From NCBI GenBank assembly GCA_051047955.1, contig JBPGPT010000029.1:62001-126000 (forward strand): a DNA stretch of 64,000 nucleotides, in the 5' to 3' direction. The notes below the pieces were generated by a model. The model was not told the origin of the DNA and made no database searches. It saw only the letters and a program-made list of their open reading frames with translations. This DNA is from Cystobasidiomycetes sp. EMM_F5 (Eukaryota). This document shows positions 37,521-51,425 of the stretch, piece by piece. The translations under genes were made by a program, and so were the position numbers. The stretch's first letter is position 1; every line of letters starts with the position of its first letter.

Positions 37521-38138
37521 ATGTTCACACTAGCGCTCACGACAGCCGCGCTCATCAGCTCCGTGACGGCCTTGCCCGCTGCCTACAATACCATGCATCA
37601 GCGCGACGTATCTGAGATTGTGATTGGCGTTGCCCTGCCCGTCCTCTACCAGACACAAACGCAGTTAGTGGTGTTGGATGGACAGGTCGCAACGTATGAA
37701 GGAGTAGATGGTAAGAAGACCGCAACGGGTCTGACGACTGTTCTTGCTCAAGGTCCGACTTCCACAAGCTGGACTACCTCCATCTCTGGTACAATCACCA
37801 AAGGCGATGGAGGCAATTCAGCCGCAGCTACTACGTCTATCGTTACGAGCGCTTGGAATCAGCTTCCCCTGAACCAGCAGTACCGCTGCGATCCCGACGA
37901 CAAGAATAGTCGCGACTACTGTCAGAAGGTCAATGCTGCTGGAGATGCTTGCGCCCAGGATGGCTGGACTGCCCAATCTTGTGGCGCTGCCTACCAGTGC
38001 GCGTCTGGTCCAGTGAGGGTCATTTGCAACGAAGATGGAGATGGGATTACTGATTTCTGCGGCTGTAGGATGATCCAAGGCTCAAGGATGGCCATACAAT
38101 CTCTTCGCAGTACGCCGAATGCTATCCCGAGTATGTAA
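37521..38138 (+). CDS. Secreted protein, 205 aa, with the shared N-terminal domain plus an 8-Cys C-terminal module
   Basis: Signal peptide MFTLALTTAALISSVTA, single exon, 8 cysteines in the C-terminal third. Confidence 0.82.
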   Translation: MFTLALTTAALISSVTALPAAYNTMHQRDVSEIVIGVALPVLYQTQTQLVVLDGQVATYEGVDGKKTATGLTTVLAQGPTSTSWTTSISGTITKGDGGNSAAATTSIVTSAWNQLPLNQQYRCDPDDKNSRDYCQKVNAAGDACAQDGWTAQSCGAAYQCASGPVRVICNEDGDGITDFCGCRMIQGSRMAIQSLRSTPNAIPSM

Positions 38139-38366
38139 AAGTTTGGAGAATTATCACGTGAATGACACTGATGATGCTCCTCAGCTCTTATTTCAAGTAA
38201 TCAGCAATTTAGCAGCCAGAGATTAGCAGAGGGAATGACGTCTGTATTGTTACCGATTGCAAGAGTTGACCTTTGTAACACGCGCGTGAAGAATGATAAC
38301 CAGAAACTTAACCAGAAACTTGTACTGTACACTTGTGCGAACCTGCTGACACGCAACATCTCTGCC

Positions 38367-39452
38367 TCACTTTGTCCGTTGATATCGCAACTTTGCGTCG
38401 ACGTTTGTGTTAGCTCGATTGTAGTGAAGCACGCTTTGATTCCCTTACCTTGGTAGCAGAGTATTTGAAATTATCGGAATAGCTGTCGAGGAGAGATGCG
38501 ATGAGTACATTGTTTCAGATTAAATTGCACGACAAGCGCTCACCTCTTGGGTGTATACATGGCTGAGACGAAGCAGTATGTTATTAATGCGTGCTGTGCA
38601 ATGCGAAAAGGGCGACTTACGATAGTGACGCCTGAAAGTTGCGATTGAATCAGTGTGACTAAAGCCTTGAAAGATTACAAGTACTCACTCTTGGACGAAA
38701 TATGGATATCCTCTGTGAAGTTTGAGCTGTTAGTGGCTAGTTACGGGCCAGATACACGTATAGACGTACTGCTTCTCGGCGAACTAGAGAGCACCAGAGT
38801 CAGTATGCAATGTAGCAAGCTGGAGTACAGTTCAGACGTACGTTGATGGCATCTTCCTTGGTCTTGAACTTGAGGTTTGTGCCTGTTATACATCGCAGGG
38901 TCAGCAGGCTGGCCAATGACACCCATCAGCCATTACTTACCCTGCATGTAGTCTGCAGACGATGCCCATCCCATGAGACCGTTCTCCCACCTTCCGCCCG
39001 AGCTGAGGGTATCCCAGTCGATGACCCAGTCCTTGTCTGCTCTGTTTGCGCTCTGGGTGTTATCGCCTGGGGGGATCGCCGTCATGAGCGCAGTGTCACA
39101 CTCTTTATCAATAAATCCACCCACCCGCTGGCCTGTAGATGCGCACGGGTCTTCTGTGAAGCTGAGGCGGAGCTCCAGAGACTACGGCCTGGCCAGTCAA
39201 TCAAATCAGACGATTCCCGGGAAGTGAGCCATTCCCCTCCCTCCTCACAGCAGCAATAGCCTCTCCGTCTGCGCGAGGTCGAGTGAGTGCCCCATCAGCC
39301 TCTGCCCTGGCTTCCGATACGAGGACTTGACGGGCGTTTTCAGCATCCGACGACGACGAGGAGGGCGAGGATGAGAAGTTGCATTGTCTTCCAACGAGCA
39401 CGGTGGGTCTCCGAGCAGCAGCCAGTCTCAGGGTAGCTCGAATATGCATCAT
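38367..39452 (-). CDS. NDUFS4: Complex I subunit NDUFS4 (ETC_C1_NDUFA4 family), many micro-exons
   Basis: WVIDWD...RWENGLMGWASSADYMQG; spliced LKFKTKEDAINFAEKQGYPYFVQE...KSYSDNFKYSATKLRYQRTK; mitochondrial presequence. Confidence 0.92.
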
Positions 39453-39564
39453 TGTCGTTAATTGGAGCAAAGGAGACCCATTTCAAGACTTGAATTCAAA
39501 GGTCTCATCTTGGACAACAAATACAAAATAAATATTAATCTGAATCTGGTTCATTATACACACC

Positions 39565-41020
<1,456 letters not shown>

Positions 41021-41190
41021 CCTGAGGGAGAATGACATGTCCCGGCCTACCAACGAGTCGCCAGGCGTGCTAGATTAGGCAAATTTAGAGATAGACAAAA
41101 TGCGCAGTGCCATGTAGCGCTTGAAACAAAAGAAAAGCTTGCAAGCCCTCGTTCAGACATTGTCCACCATCTTGATGCCTTCCCTGCACG

Positions 41191-42239
41191 TTAGCAAACG
41201 TGTGGAACAGACTCTGTCTTTCCGCTTCGGTCGCCGAGATCGCGGCCAATCGTCCGGTCGAACACTTCAAACATGAAATTAACACAATTTCGTGTGAGTG
41301 CTCCGTCGAACCGCTGTAGAGTCTGTCAGTATTTCTATATCGACGCATGAGTGGCTGCGTTCTTACCCCTTTGCTTAATTCATCTCGAATGAATGCGTCT
41401 GGAATTGCGGGGACAGTGGACAAGTGGTGCATCGATGTCAGATCAGTACCATATGGCCCACGTGAGACTACTTACGGCCAGCTTGTACTTCCATCCATGT
41501 AAGCTTTATAGGCAGTTCGTAAAGCCTATCCCTTATCAACGAGCGTCCCTTGAGATCTACGTGCGTGTCGTTGATACCCAATATCATGATGAGCTCGCCA
41601 GTAATCTCTTCACATCGTTTTAGGCTGTCGGAAGGACCCGGCGCGCCGAGTGACTCCTTATCAATGTCAGTCGGGAAAAAGCAGCAGGTAGCTTTAATTC
41701 TTTTGTCGAAGGCTGCACGAAAAGCGTGGTGACCTCCGAGACACATCCCAGTGCCTCCTATACGGCCGTTGCAGTTGGGTAGTGACTCCAGTAGGTCGAT
41801 GGCGATGCGGGCGTCATCGTCATAGGCCTTTAGCAGTTTCTCCGCTTTATAGGCGTTGCCCTTGTCGGTGTCTTCAGCATTATACTGCAGCGCGCCAGCA
41901 GCAAACTCGTGGAAGACGGTAGGTGCTACCACAACGTAGCCGTGCGATGCAATCAGTTCCGCATATCGAAGGACGGGACCTGAATGTATATCAGCCGATT
42001 TTAGGCGGAGAACAGCTGGGAAGACGGTAGATGGCGCACCGGTAACGTTATAGATCTCGCTGAAGACGACTACGCCTGGAAATTTAGCATTGGGATATTC
42101 GGGAATCCTGTTTGCGGGAATTTAGGTCTGGACAATGCGGAAAAGAGCTGGAGAGTGAGGCTGACTTTGGGGAAACGATGTGAACACGCATGGGTCCTGT
42201 CGGGGTGTCGACATCTTTGTGAGAGTTCTCGATGAGCAT
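41191..42239 (-). CDS. Dienelactone hydrolase family protein, multi-exon
   Basis: FSEIYNVTGP, nucleophile GMCLGG, GINDTHV, AFIRDELSKG. Confidence 0.9.
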
Positions 42240-42345
42240 TTTGGGTTTCTTGCAGCTGGACGAGATTCAAGATGCATTTCCAAACGACGATAAGGGTTGC
42301 TTTTCTGCCGACTGATTTAACAAGTTAGCTAAAGCTGCAGACTCG

Positions 42346-43022
42346 ATGGACCTTCCTGAAGACCCGTATACACAGACGACAGAACATGGAGACCTGGTCG
42401 GGCTGACGATGCGACCACTGAATGAAATATCGGATATTAATCACGTTCGAGACGCAAGTGCCGGAGCTATCTGCACGTTTGTTGGGACGACGCGAGATAA
42501 CTTTCAAGGTTGGTAGTTGTCCAGAAAGCGTGAACAAGCCGCGACTGATGGGGGACCTTTGGTCTGCCAGGAAAGAGGGTCGAGAAGCTCGAGTATGAAG
42601 CATATCCCAGCATGGCAATCAAGACTATGGCGAGTATCGTTGCGGAAGCTCGTCAACTAGCTCTGCAAGGCTTCTTCTCGTTTGACTGGCCAAACTACAC
42701 TTCACCGCATGACTGCGGAGCACATCAGAGCCCCCCACGAACCGATCTTATCGTTCAGTCTCACTCGCTGACAACACAGCCGCACGCCACAGCCCTCACG
42801 CGTATATGCTTAATACACCGTCTTAGAGTTGTCCCGCCGACCGAATCCTCCATAAGCATAGCCGTCTCTAGCCCGCATCGAAAAGAAGCTTTCCGTGCGG
42901 CAGAGTGGATCCTGGAAGAGGTCAAGAAGCGTGTAGAGGTGTGGAAGCGAGAAGTTTACCGAGACTCGGAGTCAGGCAGCGCATGGAAGGAGAACTTCCC
43001 CTCAAACGATGGCAAATCATGA
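42346..43022 (+). CDS. Molybdopterin synthase catalytic subunit (MoaE/MOCS2B/CnxH), one intron
   Basis: AGAICTFVGTTRDNFQ|GKRVEKLEYEAY, IAVSSPHRKEAF, LEEVKKRVEVWKRE, WKEN. Confidence 0.92.
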
Positions 43023-43385
43023 TAAATTGGTCGACCTCGGTTATATGTCAGACGTTGTTGTACGTCACATGTCCCGCTTGGTTTACCAAGACAACAGTAT
43101 TCTTCTCTGATGTAGAGGGAAGCCACGAACCGCGAACAAAGGTCACTCTCATTCGGTGGAAAGACATTGGAGTCGATGGACAACTCGCCGAGGTCTACGG
43201 CTATGTAAGACCAACAGTCGACTTTGGAGACAGAGAACACGCTTGTGTGCGGTGGCGCCCATCAGTCAGCGGCATCTGCCCCTGCTCGATAGACAAAGCC
43301 AGTGGAGAAGAGTTTTAAAACCCGCACCATCTGCATGCGGAAGTTGCAGACATATTCACAAATCACTATCGATACAACATTGGCA

Positions 43386-46241
43386 TTATATGCTCACATT
43401 GGTCCCCGCCGCACACGCTGGTGATAGTGCTTGTAGAGGGCTGTTATGCAATACTATTTCGTGTACGTGCATTTGCTCGACTTCGTCCACCGAAGGATAC
43501 ACGTCGTTCAGGTCAAGGTACTCTACCTCCCCATCGGTTTCTGATGGCGCCTCGCTCGTCTCTCGCGTAGAAGCGCTGCTGCTGTGCTGCATCGAGGGCA
43601 GCAATGGCGTTGGCGCGACACTGGCAGACCCGCTCAACAAAGCAGGCAGAGCGTCCTCCTCATTGTCATCGCCCGTTTGTGTGGCTATATTTTTGCCGGA
43701 CGATGAGAACGCCGATTCGTATTGCTCACGGTACGCTCCATCTTCGATAGACATGAGCTCCGTGTGCTTTCCTTGTTCAATCAATTTCCCATTGCGCATG
43801 AACAAGATATCGTCTGAACGATGTGCAATATGAAATTGATGCGTTACTGTGTTCTGCGCTGTCAGCTCACGCATGTCGTCGTCATCGCCCACATCTACTC
43901 ACCCGCCAGAATCGTCTTGCTTCCTCTCTTCGCCAGAACCTTTGCCCAGATATCACGTGAGGTCTTCGCATCCAGAGAAGCAGTATTCTCGTCCAGAATC
44001 ACTGCATTGTCCCACATGGTCAGGTCAAACCTGACATATCTGCGAAGGACTCGGAACTTACTTAGATCGACATGCTTTCTTAACAGAGCACGACATAAAC
44101 ACAATCTCGCCCATTCCCCGCCGCTTAAGCCGGCGCAGTGATTACTCAACGTCAATGACAGTTTCTTTTTCCCGCCCAGCTCTTCGCACTCGTTCGCGCT
44201 CGGAGCTGGCAAGGCAATCTGGGCTGCTTGGACAGTCAAATCTTCCAAGACCAACGGTTCGACCAGGGACGCATCCAGAGTACGGAGAACGAGGCGCAAG
44301 TCCTCAACAGAGTCTGCATCTTGGACCTCGTTAGTTTCGTTGGCGCTCTGGACAGGCTTATTGCCTTCGTCTTCTTCATCATCCTCTGCGTCGGAATCAT
44401 AGGCGTATGAGTCGTAAAGCTGAGACCTCTCCAGCAGTAAAGCAGGCGTGATATTATTGGAATAATGTGATATCTTATGAAATAGTGTATCCAAGCCTTG
44501 TGGTTGCTTCTGAATCCATTCCCACATACCCGTCTCTTCAGCCGCTTCCTTAAAGTCGGCCTCTGTTGCATCCAGTTTGCCCCATGACAGGAACTCTCTT
44601 ATCGTTGCTTCCATCGGCCGCGTTGTGAATTGAGGCAGGAAGCTGAGGTTACTGTAGAGATCGTCCAAATTGTGCTGCCTTATCGGTGTTCCATCAATCA
44701 GAATTTCGCCCTCATCGGGGTCAACCAGCCGCACTGCCAATGCTATGACGGTGCTCTTGCCAGAGCCGCTATCACCAACGATGCTAACAAGCGAGCCGGC
44801 CTTTATTTTGAATGACAAATTCGAAATAGACGGGGTCGTGCTGCCTGGGTAAGTAAAAGTTACATTCTTGAACTCAATGTACGGGACAGACGAATCTGGC
44901 TCGTGGGCTGTACTTTGTGGCTTGGCGACAGTTACAACCGCTTCGCTAAACGCAAGTCTGGATGCGATCTTAGGTAGCTGGTAGAAGGCTTGTATCGAAC
45001 GAGTCGAACGGGGAAGCCTGCCCAATCGCCGTCGAAAAGCCAGAGCCTCGGAGATTGTATCGTTCAGCGTTGTCTGCAATAATTCAAAGTCGCTTATCGC
45101 TTTGGCAACGTCGACTTGGTCTGCAGAACCTGTGAGATGCAGTGCGAATGTACCCCACAGCACAAAATCCAGGATCCGCTCGCTCAGACGCCATAGGCTT
45201 GCCGACACAGTCGAGCGTGCGTAAACGTCAGGTTTACTGACCACAGCGTCGCCTAATTTCTCCGAGAGTCTGGCATACTGTTTCGCGTAGTAGTCGTTGA
45301 GGCCCAAAAGTTGCTCTTGACGGCCTGTAGCCATCGCCAGGCGTTCGTATTTCAACAGAGCGTTTGCATCCTCGTTGGTGCATGCAAATTGAATCATGTC
45401 GTCTGCGTCATCGTAGTGCGCGCGGATTGTCTCGAGTATAGAGGCTATCAGGGATACAATGGCCACCCTGGTATTCGAACGAGACGAGGTCGCCAATCGG
45501 TATGCCATGCCGCCTTGGCTCAGCACGCGAACGAAGGTGTTCACAATCTCGACGACCCTGTCTAGGAGCAGATGATTGGACCAATCGCCTCCTGCTAGCT
45601 CATTTATATCTGTGACTAGCTTGGTGACCTTGGCGTCTTCCATAGTGACCGAGTCCAGCTTGCTACGAGCGGCCAACACGGAGCGCTGTATACTTCGTTG
45701 ATACCGAGCTTGTAGCTGCGTTCTCACTCTATCAATCGGACTTTCGACAGCCTTGCCCACGATAAAGCAGGCAGCCTCAACGACTAGGGCTTTCAGCATG
45801 CTGCCCTTGTTGACTGTCCGGGAATACAATGTGGACCGCATGGCTTCTTTCAACCTGTATTTAGCAGCTGTCTGCCAGGCAGGGATGAGATTGGCGAAAA
45901 TATTAGCGAGGAAGTCTGAGGAAGCGTTCGGTCAGTCTATTTGCGACTAAGACACCTCACCAGGCACCAGTCTACTTACAAAGAAATATCTTGCGTTTCC
46001 CCAGCGGTAAAATTGCAGTCTTTGTGAACTTGAGCAACAGAGGAAACAGCCGCATGTAAGATCGCCATTTCTTCCACAAGGCTTTACGAAAGGCAAGGAC
46101 AGAAGTGTCGGATGTTCTTATCGTTTGAACGGTATGATAGAATTCGTTGGCTTTGGTGACCTTGTACGTAACGTTCGAGACAGTAGGGTGAGTATGGAAC
46201 GTCGAGTCTCCCACTTTGTCCGGGAACGGTATGGTAGCCAT
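43386..46241 (-). CDS. Atypical ABC half-transporter (MsbA/HlyB-like NBD), copy A; exact 3' end uncertain
   Basis: IEFKNVTFTYP, Walker A GDSGSGKST, LSGGEW, ILDENTASLD, VTH. Confidence 0.88.
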
Positions 46242-46469
46242 GGCTTCGGACAGCTTCCAATCAAGAGCCGGAAGTCAAGAGCAGCTCACGTCTAGCTGTT
46301 CCAATGCCGTGGAGTCATCTTATCCGTACCACTGTAAGACTGTAGCACCGTCTGGGTATGTGAAACAGTTGAACGCGTGGTGTGCGACAATGTGGTTTGT
46401 TTTGGCGGTGTGGGAGGGTCGAGGCGTGGACACCGGGAAGGACCAAATTTTGCACCGCTTTATTTACCC

Positions 46470-49400
46470 TTAGTTGACTATTACGACGGAATCGCTAGGG
46501 TCGCTACCCGTAACAACACCGGACACGTCTTCCTGAAGCTGTAGATTATCTTCCTCCTCTGTTTGAATCGCAACGTGTTTGCCGGTTGTCGGCTGCGTGC
46601 ATTCGTACATCTTCCGGTACTCTCCCGTGCCGTCTGGTCGAGCCATCAAACTTGCATGCGTGCCAGATTCGACGAGCTTAGCATCCTTCATGACCATGAT
46701 GAGGTCAGATTTTGCGGCCAAATGATATCTGCGGGAGACCGGTTCACACTCATCAGTCATAGCCCTGTCTTGCATACATTGGCATGAGGCTGACCTGTGT
46801 GTAATGGCGATGATTGTGCTTCGGCCCTTTCGCTCCAGAAGCTTGGAAAATACTTTGGCCTCGCTTTGGGGGTCGAGCGCGGCGCTGAACTCATCGACGA
46901 TCGTTCTTTTAGAAGAAGAAGCATCAGTGCTTGTCAAGCTAGAGGTGGCCGGAGACTCACAGCGGGACATTGTTTCGTAAGAATGAACGGGCAAGCACCA
47001 CTTTCGCCCATTGTCCCCCAGAGAAGCGAGCAGACTCCTGATTATCAGCGTCAAGTTTGGAATCATCGTATCCTTCGGCCAAGATTTCCGCTTCGTTGTG
47101 TCGAATATGTGGGAGCTTGAACCTTGCAGCATGCTTGGTCCACTCGATCAGGGTCTGGGCAGATACGACTGTACTCGCAATTGTTGCTTTACGGAGGAGT
47201 TGGCGGGAGTCTTCGTCTGTTGACTCGTCCTTCGTATCATCTTCCTTCTCGAGGGTCTCCAATCGCCCATTTCGTTCATGCTGCCAACGGTCTATATGCT
47301 GAGCCCTCCGTAAGAGGAGGTCGACGGAAACACTATCGTCCCAATAATGGCTGGCTTCCAGCTCTGTATCATACCCATACTTGAGTTTCATGATGATGTC
47401 GTGAGCACCGCTATCCTCGCATGCTTTTTGGATGGCGGGGAGGTCATCCATCAGGGCAGTGTTGCCCAAGCCCACAAACTCGCGGACGGTAAAAGTCCCC
47501 TTTCTAGTTTGCTGGAACAGCATGCTGACATTCTGATAAAGGGATTCCGGCTCGTAGTAAGCGATATCTTGGTCATTGATTAAAATCTGTCCGCTGTCCG
47601 GATCATGGAGCCTCACGAGGAGTGCGATCAATGTCTATGGAAGTACTGCTCATCAGCCTCGCATTCATTCAACGCGCAAGTCTACTCACACTTTTCCCGC
47701 ATCCGGACTCGCCTACGATGCTCACGAGGGAACCAGCATTGATGACAAAAGATACTGAATCCAAGGCCTTCCGGCGCGTATTGGGGTAGGTAAAGCTTAC
47801 GTTCTTGAACTCAATCTTCATTCCTTGTTGACGAGGCATCTCTTCTTCAATTGGTTCTGCCGGAGTTGGCGCTTCAACTAAAGTCGCATCGTCATCGTCC
47901 GCAGAGCTGGCATTCGAAGTCTGCGGAAGATCGGAATCATCTGTGCCAGCGACAGTCTTGGTGTCGCCGAACACGATAGGATTGTCACTGATTCGCAGGA
48001 GCGGATCGAGCTCCTGGATAGCGAAATAATTGTCTATCGGCTCGAGTGTTCCATGCAGCCCTCTCATTGCTTTGAACAACTCGAACAATGTCGTCGAGAA
48101 GCCGCGAGTAGCGTTCATCATCAGATGTAGATCTGATAAAGACGCAGCTGGAGTAGCGACCACTCCGCCAGTGGGCCGAGTCGTTGCTTGTAAACTCTGG
48201 AAAGCGTAGACGACGTAAATGCCGGTGTCATACATCTGTCTCAAGACTTCGAAAAATCGATGCATGTACGGGTTCGTGAAGCTGTCATCGTAGACATTTG
48301 GCTCTTTGACTTGGATGTCGCCCAACGATGCTGCCGCTTGTTGGTACTCCGTCAAGTAATAAGATCGCAAACCCAACAGTTGATCCTGCGCACCAGCGCG
48401 CTCTGCCATCTTGGACATGTTATCCATGCGGCGATATTGAGGATTCGTGATAGCTGTGACGTAATGCCGCATTCTGAGATACGGTCGCGCAGCAAATGCT
48501 AGATTCATCAGCAATATCATGATAGTCATGTTTTTATTTGCCCCTTTGGCAGCCGAGGCTACGAGGAGCCCTTCAGACATCAGAGCGACGGTCTGAGTGA
48601 GGATTGTACTCAGTTTCTCCAATAGAAAAGAATCCTGCCAGTTTTGTGCCAACAGTCTGTTGGCTGAGCGCAATTTACCGATCACCTGCGAGCATTGCCG
48701 GTACATGATGCATGTCAGTGGGACATGAGTCTGCTACGAAAGCGTGCATCATACCTTCTCATCAGCAGAGGTCACGCTGTCTAAGCGTATGCGAGCTTTA
48801 AGGATACATGCGCGAACAATCGCCCGGTATCGGTATTGCAAGCGTTCTTTGCTCTGCTCGGTCGGCTCTGCAAGTAGCTTTTCGATGCTATTTGCCAGAA
48901 TTTCGACGGCGGCCGCTTTCATCATCGTTTTGACGTCCAACTTGCGGGTTTCGAGACTGGTTCGCACGACCGTGCTCAACTCGTAACCTGCTTTCGTCTC
49001 CAAAGCAGGAAGCAAGCCTCCCATAATAACGTTTGCCAGGAGATCTGCGCTCGAAGTCAGTCAGATGCTGCTCGGCCAACGAGGTATGGCACGCTTACAC
49101 AAAATCATCCTTCGCTTGCCCAAGGAGCCTGTCGTCATCCGCGAGAACCGCCAAAATAGAGGCAGAACGCGTCGGTAGTAGGCTACCTTCCGCTTGAAGC
49201 GTGTGATAACATTGCCCTGTCCATCTTTTATTCGGCTTAGTCTGTGGATAATCGTGTACAGATCGTTGTGTTTGATGATTCTGTAGCTGTAGGGCAGCTT
49301 AGGATGGTAGCGTATATCAGGCTCCGACGTCGCGAGCGAGTCTTCAGCCTTAGGAAGTGATGCGACCTTTGCCATGACGTCTGTTTCAGCAGTCGCAGCA

Positions 49401-49627
49401 GGAGGCTGATTGGCCTTGTCGCTGACGCCATCAGGGGTTTTGGCAGAGGAGCCTTCTACAGACGCATTTGTCGCAGGCTTGTTCGATACTGGTTTGGCTT
49501 CACCCACGGGGGCGTCGATCTCGCTAGACGTGTTCAAGGCTGCCGATGACTTGTCGCTGTTCACCTTGCTTTCAATCTTCTTGTCGTCCGGAGCTGCCGT
49601 AGACACGACGGTGTCTGTTGCTGCCAT
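46470..49627 (-). CDS. Atypical ABC half-transporter (MsbA/HlyB-like NBD), copy B
   Basis: IEFKNVSFTYP, Walker A GESGCGK|T, FSGGQW, IVDEFSAALD, ITHR. Confidence 0.88.
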
Positions 49628-49982
49628 GCTGCTTCGTGGTGAATCTATCTGGGGAATGGACTTGCAGGAGGGTGGTAAGAGTCAGAGGTCAACAATGGAT
49701 ATCCAAGGCAGACACCAGCCTTCGGCTAGCTTTTGTCCTTATCGACCGCGTCTGCTAGACTGTCCGACATTGACAGTCGGACCGCCATGCAAGCGAGTCA
49801 GCGATTGTCGGACAAGCCCCGCAGTGACACTTGGCCTTGACCAAACAGCCGTTCAGCTGTGAGAGTATAGCAGAATCGCAGCCTAGTCATCAGTGTAGTG
49901 TACAGCTGTCAGCGATATTGGCCTAGCAGGCGCCGGTGAAAGCGAAGGATTTGGAGTGGGTTTTTCATTGCCTTTGATTCGA

Positions 49983-51337
<1,355 letters not shown>

Positions 51338-51338
51338 G

Positions 51339-51372
51339 GTTGGGTGGTGGTGTTGGTTGGTTGGTTGGTTGG
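51339..51372. repeat. Imperfect (TGGT/ACCA)n microsatellite immediately upstream of the TrpRS ATG
   Basis: ggttgggtggtggtgttggttggttggttggttgg. Confidence 0.75.
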
Positions 51373-51425
51373 AAGCTGAGTTGGCGATTTCAAATAGGCT
51401 ATCAAGTATACAAATTATGATATAT

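Noticed and set aside
42905..43833. Plus-strand ORFs 42905-43318 and 43156-43833
   Set aside because: They overlap MoaE out of frame or lie antisense to ABC copy A, with no protein-like features
41191..49627. Hydrolase + MoaE + ABC pair as a metabolic or bacterial-derived operon
   Set aside because: All genes have spliceosomal introns, orientation is mixed, and I can support no pathway link
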